A program made the position numbers and the translations under genes. Below are positions 39,074 to 42,072 of a stretch of 42,072 nucleotides of DNA, piece by piece. This DNA comes from an uncultured Clostridia bacterium (GTDB lineage: Bacteria; Bacillota; Clostridia; Christensenellales; CAG-917), in contig CANQMD010000003.1 of assembly GCA_947624885.1 (NCBI GenBank), forward strand, positions 1-42,072, read 5' to 3'. Position 1 is the first letter of the stretch. Each line of letters begins with the position of its first letter. The notes beneath the pieces are model-generated. The model saw only the letters and a program-made list of their open reading frames with translations. It made no database searches and was not told where the DNA came from.

Positions 39074-39130
39074 AATTCCCTCCAAATCTACATACGCGCA
39101 TAGCGTGTGTGCAGATTATTATACGTTACA

Positions 39131-39159
39131 ATTATAACGTGCGAAACCTCTTTTGTCAA
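39131..39159 (-). promoter_or_regulatory. Perfect sigma-A promoter of the giant gene
   Basis: Minus strand TTGACA (39159-39154), N17, TATAAT (39136-39131); a second TATAAT at 39123-39118. Confidence 0.9.
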
Positions 39160-39458
39160 TACCCACATATCTGCGCGACGGTTGCTTAAAACGCCCTACA
39201 GGTTGTATCGCTCATGCCGAAGCACCACATTTTATTGTATTTTTTGCCGCGATCGCCCTTTTGAAGGCAAAATTTTCCTTAAAAATTTTTTCGGCATTTT
39301 TAATTGTGCCCGAAAAAAATTCTCTCCGCAAATTCAAAATTTTCAATCGTTTAGAATATCCGTTTTTGGCAAAATTTGTAAATCTGCGACGGTATTTTCA
39401 AATCCCGCGAGTCGTTTTGCCGCCCGCATGCGCCGCCCGCGTCGCTTCGCGCCTTTGA

Positions 39459-39487
39459 TTGACATCGCTCGGCGCGGGTGCTATACT
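39459..39487 (+). promoter_or_regulatory. Sigma-A promoter of the DUF1624-like gene
   Basis: TTGACA-N17-TATACT with extended TGn, then 6 nt and the ATG. Confidence 0.8.
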
Positions 39488-39493
39488 GTGCCC

Positions 39494-40405
39494 ATGACGT
39501 TCTTCCCCGACGACAACGACGGTCTTATTCCGTTTGAAACGCAAATGCGCTACCTTCCTCTCCCAAAACGCCGAATTTGGGAGTTGGATTTTCTGCGCGG
39601 AATTTGCGTCATCTTGATGATCCTCGACCACCTCACGATGTGCGTGGATATGTTCGCGGGGGAGTGGTACGGCGCGAGCGCATGGTTTGCGCTGGGCGCG
39701 GGCAATGCGTTTACAAGATTTTGCCACCAATGGGTCGCAAGCGACGCGTGGCGGACGGCGCATTGCGTCGTGTTGGTGTTTTTCTTTGGCATATCGGGCA
39801 TATCCTGCACATTTTCCCGCTCCAATCTCAAACGCGGGGCGCAACTTATGGCGGTCGCGATGTTATATTCCTACGTCACTCTGTTCGACGAGTACGTGCT
39901 GGGCATCACAGGCTCCTTCGTCACATTCGGTGTGCTGCACTTCATCGCGACGATGATATTGCTCTATACGCTTGTGGACTTCCTCTGCCGTCACAACAAA
40001 CGCGCCGTCGCGATATGCAGCGTGGGGCTGTGCGGCATAGCGCTCATACTTTACTTCTGCTTCACTCCGCCTTCGTCCACGCCGATATTTTTCGCCTTCC
40101 TCTTCCCGCCGCATGACTTTTGGGGCAACCCAAGCCTTTTCTATTCGCAAGGCGAGGTTTCTCCCGGCGACATGTTCACCGTCGTCGAGTACCTCCCCTA
40201 TTTCTTCTGGGGCGCGGCGATAGGCCCCTTCCTCTACCGCACAAGGGAGTCGCTCCTGCCCCGCCTTGACGGAAAATGGAATCGCCCGATCTCCTTCATC
40301 GGCAAGCACGCCTTGCTGATTTTCATCCTGCATATCCCCGTGCTTATGGGCTTGCTCGCCCTGCTTTCATTCCTGTTCATCACCCCCGGCAATTGGGGTT
40401 TTTAA
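39494..40405 (+). CDS. DUF1624 / heparan-alpha-glucosaminide N-acetyltransferase-like polytopic membrane protein
   Basis: RIWELDFLRGICVILMILDH, FFGISGIS, FGVLHFIA, FIGKHALLIFILH motifs; many TMs. Start reset to ATG 39494. Confidence 0.88.
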   Translation: MTFFPDDNDGLIPFETQMRYLPLPKRRIWELDFLRGICVILMILDHLTMCVDMFAGEWYGASAWFALGAGNAFTRFCHQWVASDAWRTAHCVVLVFFFGISGISCTFSRSNLKRGAQLMAVAMLYSYVTLFDEYVLGITGSFVTFGVLHFIATMILLYTLVDFLCRHNKRAVAICSVGLCGIALILYFCFTPPSSTPIFFAFLFPPHDFWGNPSLFYSQGEVSPGDMFTVVEYLPYFFWGAAIGPFLYRTRESLLPRLDGKWNRPISFIGKHALLIFILHIPVLMGLLALLSFLFITPGNWGF

Positions 40406-40948
40406 TGCCGTAAAAACCACATCCACACACACCCAAAACAGACATACATCGCCGCATAAATATACATATCAACCGCACAATTCCGCACTTTATTTATCTT
40501 TTTTGCGCAATAAACATCGCGTTCTGCAATTTTGAGCGCAAAATTTCCGCCCTCCTTCGCACCACTCTTTGTCCCATATTTACGCCTGCATTTTGCAATT
40601 GAATGTATAAAAATCATTCTGCCTTATCACAGCGTTTCGCCAAATGTTTGCACCCGTATTTTTGCAACTTTTACGCCCGCCGGTCAACGTATTTTACATC
40701 ATATTTTCGTCTGTTCCCGCCCTCGTTTTCTGCCTTATTCTCTTCCGCTTTTACGGCACTTGCTTTCGCTTCGCGCCGCGCTTACTTTCGTATTTTTCTG
40801 CACCTGCTCCCGCTTTTCGACTTACGCCATATTCAAATATGCCAAATTCCACTACGCGCCTTTCTCCGCTCCGCCGCTTTTCGCCGCTCTATTCCTCCCT
40901 CCCACCTCAAAAAATATCCCTTGCCTCCCCAAAAATAGCGCAAAAGCA

Positions 40949-40977
40949 TTGACATCCCGCGCTCGGTGTGTTACTAT
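40949..40977 (+). promoter_or_regulatory. Sigma-A promoter of tRNA-Ser
   Basis: TTGACA-N17-TACTAT with extended TGn. Confidence 0.8.
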
Positions 40978-41012
40978 TTAATCCTAGCGCGACCGCCCCG
41001 CTTACATCCTAC

Positions 41013-41104
41013 GGAGAAGTACCCAAGAGGCCGAAGGGGCTCCCCTGCTAAGGGAGTAGTACGAGTGAATCGTAGCCAGGGTTCAAATCCCTGCTTCTCC
41101 GCCA
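41013..41104 (+). tRNA. tRNA-Ser (anticodon GCT)
   Basis: Acceptor stem GGAGAAG/CTTCTCC, G discriminator, encoded CCA; anticodon arm CTCCC-CTGCTAA-GGGAG; long variable arm; T arm CAGGG-TTCAAAT-CCCTG. Confidence 0.97.
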
Positions 41105-42072
41105 AGTGCAACTCGTTTGAACTCTTTTGGTTCAAGCGAGTTGTTTTCTATTATCTCTTCAAGATTTTCGGCAGCCTCGGCTTCTTTTAATTGTTTTTTG
41201 TCAAGTTGTTTGATCTCTCGGTCGTTCGAGTTATAGAGGATAATAACCTTATCGTCGAAAAGAATGACACGGTTTATAAATGAGTTAAAGAATTCGTTTC
41301 TTTCCTCGCCGTCCTCGTATTTCATACGTGCAAAGTAAGACAAAAATTTCTTGACTTCGCTTGCTTTTAGCGGCTTTATCTGCCGCGCTTGTTCCACGGC
41401 GATTTTCGTTTCGAGATCGGACTTTTCCGCTTCCAATGAAAGTAGTCGCTCCTGCGTTGTCTTTGTAAAAATGCCGTGTTCTATCGCCGCCATAATGCCG
41501 CCGATTGATTTATTGACCTCTTTGAGTTCCTTTTCAAGCGACAGCAGAGCAACGGGTGTGGCAAGGTCGGCGTTGAATTTCTCGGTAACAATGTTCGATA
41601 TTTTGTCGATGATATTCGGGCGAAGGACGTACTTTATCGTCGCCTCGAATATCAAGCGTTCTATGTACTCTTGACTTACGGCTTTCTTTTGACAATCGGT
41701 TGTTCTCAGCTTTTTACCGTAGCACTTGTAGTAGTGGTACACTCGCCCCGTCTTGCTCGTTCCCGCCTCGGCAGTAATAGCCGAATGACAGTACCCGCAA
41801 ACGAGTTTGCCGCTTAAAATATACGGCTGTTCGTCATAATTTTTTCTTTGTTTGTGTTTATGCGTATCCATGACCGAATTTGCCTCGCGGAACAGAGTTT
41901 CGTCCACAATGGGCGGAATGACGTTGGTATAGACTTTGCCGTCTATGTTGACGACGCCTATATATTTCTCGTTTCGTATAATGCGGGCAAGTTGGCTCAT
42001 CGTGAACTTTTTGCCCGATTTGGTCTTTATCCCCGAGGCGTTCAGGCGGTCTATAATATCTTTCGCCTTCTC
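41083..42072 (-). CDS. Large serine recombinase (integrase), C-terminal part; frame open past the right edge
   Basis: LNASGIKTKSGKKFT...IIRNEKYIG...PPIVDETLF (recombinase domain); YILSGKLVCGYC...YYKC...C (zinc ribbon); coiled coil; FINRVILFDDKVIILYN. Confidence 0.93.
   Translation of the reverse strand, partial: EKAKDIIDRLNASGIKTKSGKKFTMSQLARIIRNEKYIGVVNIDGKVYTNVIPPIVDETLFREANSVMDTHKHKQRKNYDEQPYILSGKLVCGYCHSAITAEAGTSKTGRVYHYYKCYGKKLRTTDCQKKAVSQEYIERLIFEATIKYVLRPNIIDKISNIVTEKFNADLATPVALLSLEKELKEVNKSIGGIMAAIEHGIFTKTTQERLLSLEAEKSDLETKIAVEQARQIKPLKASEVKKFLSYFARMKYEDGEERNEFFNSFINRVILFDDKVIILYNSNDREIKQLDKKQLKEAEAAENLEEIIENNSLEPKEFKRVALGGEAGI
41083..42072. mobile_element. Left end of an integrative element (prophage/ICE/IME) at the 3' end of tRNA-Ser
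   Basis: Integrase abuts and overlaps the tRNA; sequence looks more AT-rich than the host genes. The other att site is not in the window. Confidence 0.8.
41109..41147 (+). terminator. Hairpin just 3' of the tRNA (terminator and/or att-arm inverted repeat)
   Basis: CAACTCGTTTGAAC / GTTCAAGCGAGTTG followed by TTTT; lies inside the recombinase ORF. Confidence 0.65.

Noticed and set aside
39074-39085. TTG start at 39085 for the giant ORF
   Set aside because: These codons overlap the GGAGGG SD; ATG 39073 gives a canonical signal peptide.
13115-39103. Long plus-strand ORFs antisense to the giant gene (e.g. 13115-15373, 21491-22750, 25172-26572, 30851-32458, 33320-34825, 36521-38059)
   Set aside because: Shadow ORFs: the sense gene rarely uses TTA/CTA/TCA, so antisense stops are rare. 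Translations are V/D/R/A-biased with no motifs or SD sites.
39271-39287. CodY-like box AATTTTCCTTAAAAATT
   Set aside because: Too many mismatches and wrong spacing versus AATTTTCWGAAAATT; explained by local A/T tracts.
39107-39493. 129-aa N-terminal extension of the DUF1624-like ORF
   Set aside because: Runs through two promoters and A/T tracts; the recognisable protein starts after ATG 39494.
40402-41190. Short ORFs between the DUF1624-like gene and the tRNA
   Set aside because: Low-complexity F/L/P/S-rich translations, no SD; one overlaps the tRNA.
1-42072. CRISPR array
   Set aside because: No regularly spaced 25-40 bp repeats or cas genes seen; the 13-bp repeat at 9561 has only two copies.

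Overview
Chromosomal window of a GC-moderate Firmicute (Clostridia-like by gene content). Left end: start of the str operon (L7ae-family gene, rpsL, rpsG, 5' part of fusA; minus strand). Then an acidic low-complexity protein, a TetR regulator plus a fused MacB-type ABC transporter, a large membrane-anchored protein plus LemA, a ComEC-type metallo-beta-lactamase-fold protein and a small CxxC protein (DUF1858-like). Two thirds of the window is one uninterrupted 27.7-kb gene (39073..11393, minus) for a ~9,226-aa lipoprotein. It has a perfect sigma-A promoter, about 14 degenerate beta-rich hydrophobic modules separated by acidic 'DAL-x-AA' linkers, many Tyr-rich inserts and an Ig-like C-terminal stalk. 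This is the best candidate for an undescribed system (hypothesis: a membrane-tethered lipid-binding or lipid-transfer chain, or a polyprotein). Right end: a DUF1624-like membrane protein, tRNA-Ser(GCT), and the edge of an element integrated at that tRNA, whose large serine recombinase ORF ends inside the tRNA on the opposite strand. All family calls come from motif recognition by eye; no searches were run.
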